Assembly: GCF_000002075.1 (NCBI RefSeq)
Contig: NW_004798332.1
Span: 82,083 to 146,082 of the forward strand
DNA: 64,000 bases
Source of the DNA: Aplysia californica
Taxonomy: Eukaryota
Direction: 5' to 3'
Shown here: positions 33,201 through 46,446 of the stretch, one piece after another
Layout of the letters: every line of letters starts with the position of its first letter
Position numbering within the stretch: the stretch's first letter is position 1
Notes under the pieces: model-generated
The model's database searches: none
What the model was told of the DNA's origin: nothing
What the model saw: only the letters and a program-made list of their open reading frames with translations
Program-made: the position numbers and the translations under genes

Positions 33201-36200
33201 ACACTCCCATTATTTTATGAGTGTGGGATTGAATCTCGGCCCCGTAAGTTTGTTTTTTTTCTCCTATCCCGACTGATCAACAATTTTTTCCCTTCATTGT
33301 TTGTTTTGACTTCAAAGATTTCCACTCACGGTTTTGTTAAAAACAAACATAGAAATCTACTCATTGTCATAATTATACTTATATTTTAATAAAAAGTATA
33401 CTTTTCCTTTTTGATAGGCCTACCAAATTAGGCACCAACAACCTCCAAAATTCGATTAATTGAACGAATAGCTCTGTCTGATTATTGGTACAATTGTACT
33501 AATAACTAGTTAGAGTTATACTATACGCACTATTGTACCAATAGCCACAGCCTTGCTGTTAGATGCTAGACTAAAATCTAATATCAGTCTCATGACAAAA
33601 GGCTTGAAAAGTAATTATGAAACAAGGAGGACAGCTCACACCAGACGGTGACACAGTCACTGACAGTGGGAGGACTTCCATAACGAGCGACCACTGTGAT
33701 GAGACAAAGTTCAGTAGAACAGAGGGGTAGGCTTTGGAGTGTGGATAGGGTTTAGGTTTGGGGTAGGGTTAGGGTTATGTCTCTTCTTTATTGTTGTTGT
33801 TTGTAGATGAAGCTACGACAAGCACCTAGCACACTTCTGTGATTGGCCCAAATGAGGTATTTCCCCCATCTGTTTTTGTCATCTTCCGGGGCTTCCCTCG
33901 CCAGTTGACTAGATCTCACTGTCGCGGGCCCGCTTTGCCGCTTAGCCTGTGATAGGTTTCATTGCCGACTGCTTGGGCTTGTGTGTGCACCAACATGTGC
34001 GTGTGTGCACCCACATGTGCGTGTGTGCACACATGCTTGTGTGTGTGTGTGTACGCGCTAGTGTGTGTGTGTGTGTACGCGCTAGTGTGTGTGGGTGAGC
34101 GGGTGTTTGTGTACGTGTGTGCGCACACGAGCTTCTGTGTGTGTGTGTGTGTATACAACTTTGAGGAGAAGGTAAATTTATGGAAGGAGAATTGCTGAGA
34201 TTGTTTATAAAAGATAACACAAATTATTTTTAAAAAACAAAACCCAAACAGAGCGAGATCTAGTCATCTAGTCAACAGTTACTGGCGAGGGAAACCCATG
34301 AGTCTTTAAGCAAACCCCGGAAGACGACACAAATAGATGGCCGAAATATGTCATCTATATTAGGGCCAGTCACAGAGGTGTGCTTGCTGTAGCTTCATGT
34401 GTTGTTTGTTGGGGTGGTTGCTCATTACGGAAGTCCTTCCCTGAAAGTGTCAGTGACACTCAGTCACAGGTGTTGGCTTTGGAACTGAAGCGGAAGAGAC
34501 TGCCACTGTCGGTCACTGTCTCATCTTGTCCCTCGGAAGAAATACACTCTTAAAGATACTCTTGTCAAGTGCATGAAAATCTTTTTAAAACGGCGAAATA
34601 TACCTAACAAATGACTTTAATTTAGCCTACTTTATTTATTATTGCAAGCCTCCTTCACTCTGGCCTTGTACTTTTAGGCCCACATGATGTCTTGTATTGT
34701 GAGTAAACTAACTATTTAAGTCAGGTTGACTTTCGTGAGTTAAATGTTTGTCAGTTTTGAACTGGGTGAAGTACTGAGTTTTTAAATTCATTCCTGAGCA
34801 AGATCTGTGTTATTCTGTTCTTTCTGTTAACAAATTATAATATTTCTTGTGGTGTTAAATTGTTTTGGTTAAAAAAAAAAGAATTTTATCAAGTTCAAGC
34901 TACCATGTTTTATTTTTCAGTTATAGTGTTAGAATGGATTATGACTTTACTGCGAAGTACCTCTCAAATTTTAAGCCAGTTATTTCCACTATTTTATTAT
35001 CTTTCATTTTGTCGCACACCCTTTTTGCAGATCTCAGTCACTCTGGCGTGATGTTATCAAGATTACCTTCAGGGACAATTGACTGTTTGAGGTTTGTAAC
35101 GTATTTTTTCTAATTCAGTTTTACGGAAAATTTATGTAATATAATAATAAATACTGTATGTCATTTGAGCTAGAAGTTGACTCTATGTCTTGTGTGTGTG
35201 TGTGTGAAAAACAACCTGCTTTCTTGTATTCTTGTACGAATACATGTCTAACTGATCAATATAAAAATGTGTTTTAGCACTCCTTTCAACATCATAGTTA
35301 TTTTATTAATGCGGCCTTCGAATTTGATGTTTATCTCCAATAGGAGAGAGCCAAATGGGTGGAGGGCCTTAAAAACTACCCAACACAACTAAAGTCAAAA
35401 CGGCCCAATGGGGATTCAAGCCAGGGCCATTTGCTCCGAAGTTCAGTATGATACTAACTGAGGAAACGATACATTACTTTGTCAATATGGGGTTACAAAA
35501 ATGATTGGGGAAAACACATGTTTCTGAATAGGATATAGTTTTGGAATATTATGCCTTTTTCTCGGCAAATATAGCTAGAAATTAAAAAAAAAAGCGACTT
35601 ATTTTTATCATTTACAAAGATTCAAAGTGGACTCTCTCTCTAAATATATATTAATAAAATATTATATATGTGCCTTTCAACAAAAGCTAAGAGTTAGCAG
35701 AGAGTTTACATAGTTTAGCGCTTACACTCTTAATAATAATAATAATGGAATACATTTATTAGCACATATCCACTAATGCAATGCTCCATGCGCTTAACAT
35801 GATACATATTACAGATTTACAAATCAGTTTTAAAGGCACATTGTATTACTTATATTCACACACACACGCACCCACACTCACACACACACATACATACACA
35901 CATACATACACACATACGTACATTTGCACAATCAAACTCACAGCGATCTACAGCTTGGATGGATTCTGTCTTCGAAAAATGATGAAAATAGAAATGCTTT
36001 TAGTTTCTTCTTTAAAATTTCTATATTTTCTGCTTCTCTGGTAGTTTTTGGAAGCCTCTTCCAAACAAGTGGGGCAAAATATGGAAAAGAGCGTTGGCTA
36101 TATGATTTGTAATTTATTTGAGGTTTAACAAAGGTTTTTTTGTCACTTGATGATCTGAGCATTCTAGGTGGTACATAGGGTGTTAAAAACTGTTTTAGGT

Positions 36201-39200
36201 AGTCAGGTGATTAATCATGTAAGCACTTGTAGCAAGTTTAACAGATTTTATATATGATACGCTCTTTCATCGGGAGCCAGTGTAGTTCTTTTAAAATAGA
36301 AGTCACTTGATCATGCTTTAGTTTCTTAGTAATTATTTTGGCAGCAACATTTTGTACTCTCTGTAGCTGTTGTAACTGTTCATCAGGTACACCAGCCAGT
36401 AAGGAATTGCAGTAATCAAGCCGTGACGATATAAAGTTGTACACTTGTGTACACGCCTTTGTTTACCTTTGGCTGGTGTTGTTGTTGTTGTTGTTATGTG
36501 TGTGGTATATTCTAGCAGAAGGATGGACTTACTAAATAGTATATTTGACTTTTGTGCGGTGAAGGTGGTCGAAGGGTTTGAGCAGTAAGGGCAACATTAG
36601 TTCTACATTAGAATGAAATCTTTAGACACAATGGAGGTTATTTATTATGTTCCTGTTTGCAGAAATCTTTTAAATTTCATAATGTTTTAGCTATTAATCA
36701 AACTGAAAATATTGAAGGAAAATAGGGACACAAATATAATTTGAACTTGTATTCCTCCTGGCTAGGTTACATCCATGCTTGTCGCGGATTGTTGTTGCCA
36801 CCCTCAATGCTGGCAACCCGGGACTCCATAAGGCTTCACTACACACCGCCACACCCCTGGCTCATTATAGGAACACAGACTTTGAAGACAAAGCCCCATC
36901 CAAAATAGGGAGAGTGAACTTAGTGGCACCGAACTGGCTCAAGTACAATGACATTGTATATCCTCCGTCAGAGGAAGGGGACCCTCCAAGGCCAGCAGTA
37001 TGTATGTTTTGTCATTTATAGACTGAACAGATTAGAATACATTCCTATGAAGCTTTAGGCTAAGACTCTTTGTCTCTTTCCATTTCCAGATGGAGCAGCT
37101 TTTCATCTTAGATAGATGCGTTTCTGTAATTGTCAGGTTTCTGGTAAGGCAGGTTTGCTCGTACTTCTTGAAAGAGCTATTGTGTTCATATTACCAACAG
37201 TCATCTTTTGTCGTTGTATCTTTTTTCCCCTGTCTTAGACTTCCATTACAATATGGTTTCACCCCTTTTTTGCTTTAGTATGCAGTTATATATATATCAG
37301 TTATGTATTGAAGCTGAAACTGAAGGGTTTAATTCTTTTCTCTCAACTCAATGTAAGGGTCTTTCTTCCTGTCGGTTAAATTTATTATTTATTGTATGAG
37401 TAAAAATGTATCTTTTGCTATGACTATATGATACTTTTAGTCTTAGCTTTTAAATCAGTTATTCTCTTTTTTCAGGAGATTTGTCATTCAAGGTTCCAGA
37501 TCAAATATGCCACCAAAAAATTATGGTATATTGCTGCAATGGTGAGTTATTCTTTACATCACTTAGTCTCAGATCTACTTATTGAAGCGATTTTACACTC
37601 ATTTTTTTTAGTCTCTTGTACTTTGAGTTTCTAAGATAATTTGATGTTAAAAGTATGGCAATATCTTTTGAACTGTTCCTTCTTTAACTTCATGTGTAAT
37701 TGTTTTGGTGAAAAATAATAACTTGCTGCCACGTGAAAAAAGAGTAATTGATGCTTCTTTATAAAGCTTGAATAGGGTAAATTGTCACTGCTCACAAATT
37801 TTTCCTTTATGGATGTTATATATCAAGATCTGAACAGTGTTTTCACTCCGTTTGACTTCCCATCCCTTACTTTTTTAAAAACTTGTGTTGTTTGTCTTGA
37901 TCAACAGATACGTGGCATGTCTATTGATGAAGCTCTCCAACAGCTGTCCTTCCACAAGAGGAAAGGAGCAGCTCATCTCAAAGAGGTGAGGTGCACTAGC
38001 ATTAGTTATCTTGATGTTGCAAGGTGCAGTTTTGTGACTGACACTCGTTGCCACACTAGTATGGTTCTATAGATAGCTCACCTCCCTCCCCTATGTTAGA
38101 GCGGAAATATTCTTTTCCATGCTTATAGCTGCCAACCAGTACTTAAAAACATATTTAGTTTGTTTTTGAGGACCTGAGTATGTAACTGTTTTTATGTTCG
38201 AAAATACAATATTCTCTGTTGTTTTAGCTTTGCTCCCTACAGACTTGCTGATGCTGGAAAAAATTTTGAAGGACAACGAAGCTCATAATTATGTCAGTTT
38301 GGAGAGATCTTTTGCTGCAGGTCTTCTTTGAATAGCTTGAATTTATTGAATGCTGAAAAGTGTGTGTGAAGGGTTTGGAAGGGGATTTACTCAGCCAGTG
38401 CCTATCATTTTAACCCATTGCGTGGGTAGAGTCTTGGTTTTGAAAAGTTGGCATCTATGCATGTTGGGTGAAAGTGATCAGTTTTTGTTCTCCTTCATCC
38501 TACACTTTTCCTGCAGTGTGTGCTGGCATCGTGCTGAAAGCTACCACCTGGTCAGTAAATGCATGGGAAATGGAGCCTTGTAGGGATGTTAAAGCAATGA
38601 GATTTTTGTGAAGCATTGGATGATATGCTTGCACTGTTTTCTGATAGTTTCATCAAAGCATGAGCAGAAATTTGTCTGGGGTAAACTTCTAAAAACTTTT
38701 TTTGTTGTTCAAGAAATAAATTTACAATAGCAATGAACTTTTAGAGAATAAAAAATCCGGGGAGTTTTTGTGTATTTGCTGCATGTCTCACAATGAGTTA
38801 AATCTGGGATGTATAATAAGTAGCCCCCCCCCCCCCAGTCTCAGACTCAGTCTGTGCTCATTGTGCCTACTTCCAACACCTGTTAGCGGTTTCTTTGGAG
38901 TGGTTTTTCTCCTTATTTGCTGACCAACATCTGTTATCCTTATCTCTCCTCTGCCTTTTCTTTCTATGTGTGGTGTCCTAATGTGGGTTCATTCGTAAGA
39001 TCAAAACAAATCAAACTCTGTGTTCAAGAACTGTAGTTTATTCTTACATTTAACAACGACATGCACAAAGATTTATACATCCTGTGTAGTCTGCATCCAG
39101 GCCGTGACTAACGGTTACCAATGCTAAAGATTCCCATCCTATGAACTTCGCAGTCTCAGAGCATTGTTTTGTTATCCTATGAAGGCAATGAGCATTGTTC

Positions 39201-41408
39201 CTCATGGGACATGTTGCCATTGCTTTATCACCATCAAAGGATGTGCCAAAGCTTCATGTTACAGAGGGAATGGAAACCCGACAAAAGTACACTCAGCCAA
39301 CAACAGATTACCAATGCTACAGTATGCTACAATTGTTTCGTAGTAACGCTTCTAATCTTGAGCCCTTTTATGACCTATTTGTCTAGCAAGTGCCATCTAT
39401 CTGTCGCAACGTGGTGGAATCAGGCGCTCATCTATTTTGGGGCATATGGAGTTAAAGGTATCATCTTAAAGCCTGTCCATTTGCCTTGCTTTTGATGAAA
39501 AAAATATTCTGTTATCTTGGATACAAGTCGAGATTTTGGCAATTGAAGGAAGTTTGGTCGCCTGGTTTCAGGAGTAAAATATAAGAAAATGGCAGCCAAA
39601 GTTTGGTAATTTCCATAGCTTGAGAATCCTCAGAAACTGAAAAATTACAATTTTTCTGCCTTTAATCAATGTCTTTCAGTAAAACCCACACAGAAATGGG
39701 TTTTTAAATGGACATAGAAGGTGTTGAGCCAAAGAAAATTAGGAAAAATTGCCCAACAGCTAGAAAAACACCAGTTTCTGTTATTTTATAATTTTGACGA
39801 GCGCCTGATTTCACCATGATGCCTCTCATTTAACTTTTACTAAAGCTAAAACCAAACCAAACTAACTCTCTTTCTGGTCATTGTATGTGCAGGTACTGGA
39901 AGAAGCCCAGGAGATGGCGGTGAAGGAGCACAATGTGGAGTTCAAGTCAAATCTTTGGATCTGTAAGTGGCACTTGGAGCTCTCGCACTCGTTAACGGGG
40001 TCCATTTTTGTGTGTGCATAGTTTCTCTTCACTTGGGTCTCAATGGGTATTTGGAGAGTTTAGGGGGGGTTGAGGATGGATCGACAATTGAATTAAATTA
40101 TGCATTTAGAAGTAGTTACCCGTGTGTTGGTAGGTAGCTGGTAGGTCTTACTTCTTTTCTTTTTCACTGTTGTTTCTGTATTTCTTGCTTTTTCCTTGCA
40201 CTAAATGTCTATTATTGTGTATGGATATGCTTCTCTTTACTCAGACAAATTAATAGGGTCCCACCTTGTACTCAGTTGGATGCCCCAGTTGTTCTTTCTC
40301 AATCTTTTATGACTTATATGTTGTGGGTGATCTTCGTCTCGGTCATGTTCTCTGTTTAGTTCCTTAACAGTTGGTCTGCTTGAAGCCCTCCCCCCACCTC
40401 TTCTCTCTTCCCTTACTTCATGAGGATGGAGGGTGGTAGATTGTCCCTTGTCACATCAGAAAAACGGGGGAATAGCAGACATAAGGCGCGCTCACTCGGA
40501 TACATATTTGTGATGTTTCTTTAGGTGTATCCTGATCATCATCTCCATTTCGATTGCATACCGTCTTTTGTCTTTTTTTTCCTTCTTATTTATTGAAATA
40601 ATGTGTTAGACGTTAGTGTCTAGTGACATTGGGATGTTGCAACCATGCCTATTGACTCTCTCTGCTGTCCCTTTATTAAACCTTTTCAGATTGTCTTTTG
40701 TATCATGCTACCTTTATTTTCACCTTTGTAGTGGCGTCAGTCATCTAAAAGTTAGCTGTGAGGCACATAATTGAAAGGTCATAGGTGCAACCTTGTAAGG
40801 GTTCTGACATTGTGTCCTTGGAGAAAGGCTCTTAACGTATATTTTCCTCACTTCACCTTGGTAGGAATGGGCACCAGCTACAGACAGAGAAAGAACTTGC
40901 CAGTTTGTTAGTTTGGGGGGTGGGTGTTGATGATGATTTTCATTTCTGTCTTTGAGGTTTATTATGGATTAGTTCCTGTGGTAGTGACAGACTTGGTAGT
41001 GACAGGGTTCTATCTTGGCAGGTTCATATGTACTTACAATGGTGTGTATACACTTTAAAATATCATTGGTAGTTCTATAAAAATGAATTTATGTATGTCA
41101 AACTGTTCGGTTTTTTTGGTAAGTATTTTACGGTGCTCACAACTGCATAAGGTCATAAGGTCCAAACTACATTTCTATGATTTCTTTCAGGTGATTCTTT
41201 TGTAACCAAAGGCGTGGTGGTCAAAGGCTACAGAAAGCACATCAAGGGCCGCTACGGCATCATCCACTATCGCTATTCCAACTTCTTTGTGAGGTTGAGG
41301 GAAGGGAGACCACCCCAGCACTACTACACCCCTGACAAGACGGGGAACCAGAAACTGGAGGAGTACATCAAGGAACAAAGGGCCAGGAGGATACAGCTGG
41401 GCTTGTGA
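30222..41408 (+). CDS. MRPL22: Mitochondrial ribosomal protein uL22m, gene model, 247 aa
   Basis: Seven exons totalling 744 nt: [91 protein letters not shown]. Confidence 0.95.
33603..34553. mobile_element. Foldback/MITE-like element with ~300-bp imperfect inverted arms
   Basis: Left arm GGACTTCC..TGAAGCTAC..CTTCTGTGATTGGCCC..CTTCCGGGG..CCCTCGCCAG..GACTAGATCTC is mirrored at 34255-34530; GT-rich microsatellite in the centre. Confidence 0.75.
35031..35091 (+). CDS. MRPL22: MRPL22 coding exon 2
   Basis: tttttgcag|AT CTC...TTG AG|gtttgt; bridges phase 1 to phase 2 (NLSHSGVMLSRLPSGTIDCLR). Confidence 0.7.
35731..36460 (-). mobile_element. 5'-truncated L2/CR1-clade LINE 3' end
   Basis: SRLDYCNSLLAG..LQRVQN.AA.II...ILKELHWLP..RI.YK and RSFPYFAPLVWKRLP...KKKLKAFLF, followed by 3' UTR and (TTA)n tail. 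Confidence 0.9.
36766..36997 (+). CDS. MRPL22: MRPL22 coding exon 3
   Basis: ctag|G TTA...CCA GCA|gtatgt; ends [21 protein letters not shown]. Confidence 0.9.
37476..37541 (+). CDS. MRPL22: MRPL22 coding exon 4
   Basis: [22 protein letters not shown]|gtgagt. Confidence 0.95.
37908..37985 (+). CDS. MRPL22: MRPL22 coding exon 5
   Basis: [26 protein letters not shown]|gtgagg. Confidence 0.95.
39893..39962 (+). CDS. MRPL22: MRPL22 coding exon 6
   Basis: [23 protein letters not shown] T|gtaagt. Confidence 0.95.
40728..40900 (+). mobile_element. Degenerate tRNA-derived SINE (same family as 44892-45251)
   Basis: TTGTGTCCTTGGAGAAAGGC..CCTCACTTCACC..GGAATGGGCACC core. Confidence 0.55.
41191..41408 (+). 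CDS. MRPL22: MRPL22 last coding exon
   Basis: [42 protein letters not shown]...RIQLGL*; candidate AATAAA at 42478. Confidence 0.95.
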
Positions 41409-42369
41409 TGATTTTTGGTGTCCTCGTGACTGTTGTTGTGTGTTCAGTAATAGATAATTTGAGATCAGAAAAGATGAGTCTGCATTACCTACATGATGTC
41501 AGAGTTCAGCACCAAGACCTCTTTCCCAAAATGGTTCAAAATTATGGTTCTGTGAAATCTGGGAGTCAGTTGCCGATGAAGATATGAATTATTTACGGTC
41601 TTTTATCCTTCTTTTGATGAGAGTTTCCTTTTTGGATAGAGAGATCCGTTGTGGTCCAAATTCTGAAATGCCCAGACAAAAAGTGGGTTTATCATTTTTC
41701 AGTCGTGCACATTGTATTTGTACTGTATTCAACACCCTGGCAAGTGCTTTCGCAGTTGCTATTTGGGCACGCTATGAAATGGTTTGTTTTATTGTCAGGC
41801 TCTCTATATTTGTCAGCAGTTCAGCAGTAAACAAATTGTGCAATGTGAGGAGCCTTCATTTGCTTGAGGATCGGCGCCATATATGCACTCAATTTTTATT
41901 GCTAGTGGTTGAAAGTAGCAATTGCTCTCATGAATAGAATAGTATAGACTCCATGTTTTCCTTTTTGTGAGTCAACATTGTGATTTGGCTTTGGTGAAGG
42001 TAATTTGGGGATCGAAAGACTTTATTTCAACATCTCACAACTTCTGAGTCAGTAATGACATAATCTGGATCGAATGGAGGTGTACAGATAGACTTTCGAC
42101 CAGACTGGAAGGGATTGCTTCTTCTCTTGTGGTATGTTGTGTGATACGAGTAAGTTGCATCATAAGATCATGTATCTTCCGTGGTCATTGCAACATCATC
42201 ATTGTGAGTATTCATATATAATATTGATAGGTGGTCTGTATGTAGATTGCTACTTGAGTGAGTTGTCTGTGAAAAGTATCAGAATGCGTGGTATCTTTGA
42301 GGTAGGATACCGGTACTGTGCTGCTAACTTTGATCCACCCATTTCTTGTACTGGATTTCTGTTGCTTGA

Positions 42370-42443
<74 letters not shown>

Positions 42444-42789
42444 GCTGTTGAACATTGGTATGTTGAAGAATTGAATGAATAAATAATCTTTATATGTCGA
42501 TCTGATGTCTGTTCTTGAATATTTTCGTGACAATAGCTTCTTTGACTTGATTTTGTGTGCTTTTGTCCCATTTGACAACTGCTTAGATGTGTGGCATCGT
42601 GATGAAGTCAGGTGGTCGTCAAAGTAAGGAATCGAAGAAATTTTTCCCTGTCTGTATGGCAAATTCTATCAACTTTTTTGTTTTAGGCTCAACATCTTTT
42701 TTGTCCAGTTGAAATCACATCCCTGCATGGATTTTGCTCAAAAAGAACAAAAAAATTTGTAAATTTGCAGTTTCCAATGACACAGCAGC

Positions 42790-44409
42790 CAGGGCTGCCC
42801 ACCATTACGAATTTGGTGGAATCATTACGACTTTTTAACAATTTTACGAAAATACGATCGTAATACACCTGAAGAGAGAGTCAATAGGCATGGTTGTAAC
42901 ATCCTAATGTCACTAGACACTAACACATTTTTTCAACTGGAAAAAAAAGACAAAAGATGGTATGCAATCAAAATAGAGATGATGATCAGGAAACACCTAA
43001 AGATATACAAATGTGTATCCGAGCAAGTGCACTTTATGTCTGCTATTCCAGCATTTTTCTTTAAAAGTTTGACTACCACAACCCACTGCCAGCCTTCTCC
43101 GTGTAAAAGGAGAGGAAAACTACCAGACCTGAATAGTCTTCGTCACTACATCATGCGTAATTGTCTAACTTTAACAGTATTAACTCCCTCTTTGCATTGA
43201 ACCCTTATAGTCACTCGGTGCCACTTTGCCTTTAGAAAAATGTTAGATTTTAGAAGTGTCGAAGCCAGGAGTAAGGCAAACATTAGGTTGATATGGTGTA
43301 AGAAAATTCCTCCCCTTTCTTGTTGTGGGTGACAGCCGTGGAGAATGTAAAAAATTAGATCATTGTTTGAAACACTTGAAACATATACATAGCTAAGATG
43401 GGTGTGTTGCAAGGACCTCTTTTTCTTCATCACCCCTATGTTTATGTTTCATGATAAAATACTAATTGCTTGATTACAAGCCCTGTCCTTGACACCCCAT
43501 TGAGGAAGACTATCCATGGCCATGTGTGTGTGTGTGCCTGGTGAAAGGTACTAAATGATGCATTTTTTTTGCATTTTCATGTACCGAATTTTGTGAACAA
43601 TATGCTTTTAGAATTTTTAAGAGTAGCTTTTTAGATATTGACTTTGTAAGGTGCGGTTCGGAAACAAAGTTTTGAGAAGAACGGTTTGAAAGTTTCCCCT
43701 TTGTTTTTGCTTCAAATAGATTGATCTACGCTTTGAGGCGACCTGACAACACATTCGCTACTCACAAACCAACTTTAAAAAGCAGCGGAGACAAAAGAAC
43801 AACTTCAAAGTGTTTATATTACGTCTTCAAAACAAATTCACCACTACCTTGAGCAAGAATTTTCAAGAAATAGATCTAGGTTTGAGTAGGGCAGAAATGG
43901 ACTATACAAGTTTGCTTTAGAAAAAAACAAAAGGGTGGTGATGCGCAAAGCTTTGCTTTCTTTACATGTTCTAGATACTCATGCGCACCACCCGCCACTA
44001 GAGAGGAGAGAGAATGACTTAAATTTTGGTACATTATATGCATTGCGATTGGGTCGAATTTATGAATGGACAAGAGAAACCATCCGCTGTGGTGTTTACT
44101 TGGAAAACTAATTTTCTCACGCATTTTTGGGGATTATGCAATAAAATGTATTCTAAATTAAAAGAAACTCTAAATTTAGAAAGTCCTTCTAAATGTTGAT
44201 ATATGGCTAAAGAATCCATTTTTAATGGAACTTAGTTTTTGTCAAAAATTCTATTTTTGACCTTTGAAGCCTGATATCTTGGTACGAACAAATGCGTCTT
44301 TTGGTACCTTTCACCAGGCATGCTCATATATGAATTTTAAAGCCAGATTACTAATTTTGTATTTGTTGATTACCAAAAGTACATATATGCTGGTGGATGG
44401 GCAACCCTG
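42790..44409. mobile_element. hAT-like non-autonomous element with 6-bp TSD (AGCAGC), inserted in a family A MITE
   Basis: Termini CAGGGCTGCCCA and TGGGCAACCCTG; AGCAGC on both sides; the flanks rejoin into a family A sequence. Confidence 0.75.
43535..44320. mobile_element. Unclassified TIR element nested in the hAT-like element
   Basis: TIR TGCCTGGTGAAAGGTAC(T/C)AAA(T/A)GA(T/C)GCATTT at both ends. Confidence 0.75.
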
Positions 44410-44891
44410 AGCAGCTTTGGATGTCACCAAACTTTGGCGGCTATTTTATAGCTAAATTTATCTCTGACAACTGGTGCCCTCCAGTTCATTCAATTGTAAC
44501 TACCTCAACTTCAATTGAAGATAGTTGGGTATTTTTTAAATTATAAGATTATAAGCAAGGCAAATGAACAGGCTGTAAGATTATTATAGCCTACTCAATA
44601 TGCCCAAAAATTGACGAGCTCCTGATTCCACTGTGTCATGACACTTTTTTACTTTCCGTGGAAGACCATGTTTTTAAGGGTATCCTCATTCAAAGGACCT
44701 TTCAAACAAAGTCTTGTGTGTTTGAAAACTAAATCTTATAGTTCCTACAATTTAGTTGCTCTGCTACACAATAAAATGATATTTGAAGAATTCTAGAAAT
44801 GGGTACAGTAAAACGTCGGTATATCCTACTGCTTGGCTTAAAATGTACACTCGACTGAATATTTTCTTTCTAAAGTCCTGAGTCCAATTTA

Positions 44892-45251
44892 GTAATAATA
44901 ATAGACAGCATTTGTATAGCGCAAACTCCCGCTCAACAGCAAGCTCTATGTGCTTTACAATCTGCATATAAATTATTATTACTTACTCAAGAGACCGGAT
45001 AGCATTCTGAAAGTATCTTAACTACCTGGGAAGCATACAGTGCAAGCTGCCTTTTACAGGTGCTAATACCCTTTCTGACGAGATCTTTCGCTGTCTATGG
45101 CCCTGTATCCATTCCCACCTAGGAGAAGTGAGGCAATTTCTTGTAAAGTGCCTTTCCCAAGGACACAACATCGGGCCTGAGGCTTGAATCCCTGAACCTG
45201 CAACCTCATGATTAAGAATCAGATAGCTTAAACACTAGACTACCGATGCCA
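44892..45251 (-). mobile_element. tRNA-derived SINE with conserved core and L2-type tail; partial copies at 45719-45790 and 52400-52640
   Basis: Minus strand: A/B-box-like head (TAGTCTAGTGTTTAAG...GGATTCAAGCC), TGTGTCCTTGGGAAAGGCACTT core, tail GCGCTATACAAATGCTGTC(TAT)n. Confidence 0.75.
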
Positions 45252-45950
45252 AAAAATGTATTTTTACTCTACATGTATAACAACAGTCTTACACTTACAC
45301 AATTTTTTAAAACATACCTGTGTAAAACATACTTTCGCTATAACTTATAACGTTCACCTGTCAAGGGATTTTAATGATGAAGGGTCCATTTACATGATAC
45401 ATTGTGAGAACAGAGACACTTGAAAAAGTGGTAGTTTTACTGTGCTCAGGAATGCAACATAAACAGCTGCCGTGAGAGGAAGAGGGCAAGTGTATTGTAG
45501 GTGTCGAGAGATGGTGCTGACAGTGGCACATAGGCACAGAGCATCCTGCCTCATGATTATGGTGCACTTTTGCCTTTTAAGTTTTTGTCCCCCACAGTTT
45601 TTGTTGTGTGTCCAGAATTTGTCATCATCAACATCATGCTCTCCACCTCCACTGTACGTCCATAAATTCCATACATGTACATGATGCATAAAATTTGTCT
45701 GGGTAACTTGGATTTGAATTAATAATAATAATAGATAGCATTTGTATAGCGCATATCCCCGCTCAACAGCAGGCTCTAAGCGCTTTACACTATATTAAGC
45801 CTAAAGATAAAAATCAAAACAAAACATAAAAACCTACCAAAAAGAAAACCCCCAAAATGAATGACTTTAGATCACCCATTACTTAATGGATGCCACTGCT
45901 GACCCTCCTCCCCATAACAGGCAAAGGTAATTAGTGAGGTACTATTGCAC

Positions 45951-46446
45951 GGGTGCGGTGCCCGAGCGGTTGTTGCGCTTGTCTCTGAAGCGGAAAGTCC
46001 AGGTTCGAGCTTCGGTTCGGACGCAGATTTTTTTCGGCCCCTCCTGCCCACCCAGCGGTAATGGGTACCTGACTTCGAGTTGGGGAAGTTAAGGCGGCAT
46101 GGAAAGGAACTGGCCACCTTACCACTATATGCCGAAGGCCCAGGAAGTTGTCTCACTAACAAGGCAATCCCCAATGTCCAGATTGGATGCGGGAACAACT
46201 TTGCTTGAGGGTGTGGCAGCGGAGCGTTTAGTGTGCTCGTCTCCGAAGCGGAAAGTCCGGGTTTGATCCTCTGTTCGGACACAGATTTTTTTCGCCCCCT
46301 CCTGCCCATCCAGCAGTAATGGGTTGAGGAAGTAAACGCAGCGGTGAAAGGAACAGGCCACCCTACCACAATATGCCAAAGGCACAGGAAGTTGTCTCTA
46401 TACAAGGCAATCCCCAATGTCTGGATCAGATGCAGGAACAACTTTT
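45951..46446 (+). mobile_element. Head-to-tail dimer of a tRNA-derived SINE (Nin-domain-like core)
   Basis: Units 45951-46205 and 46209-46446, each with A-box-like and GGTT(C/T)GA B-box, CCCAGC.GTAATGGGT core and GGAACAACTTT end. Confidence 0.8.
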
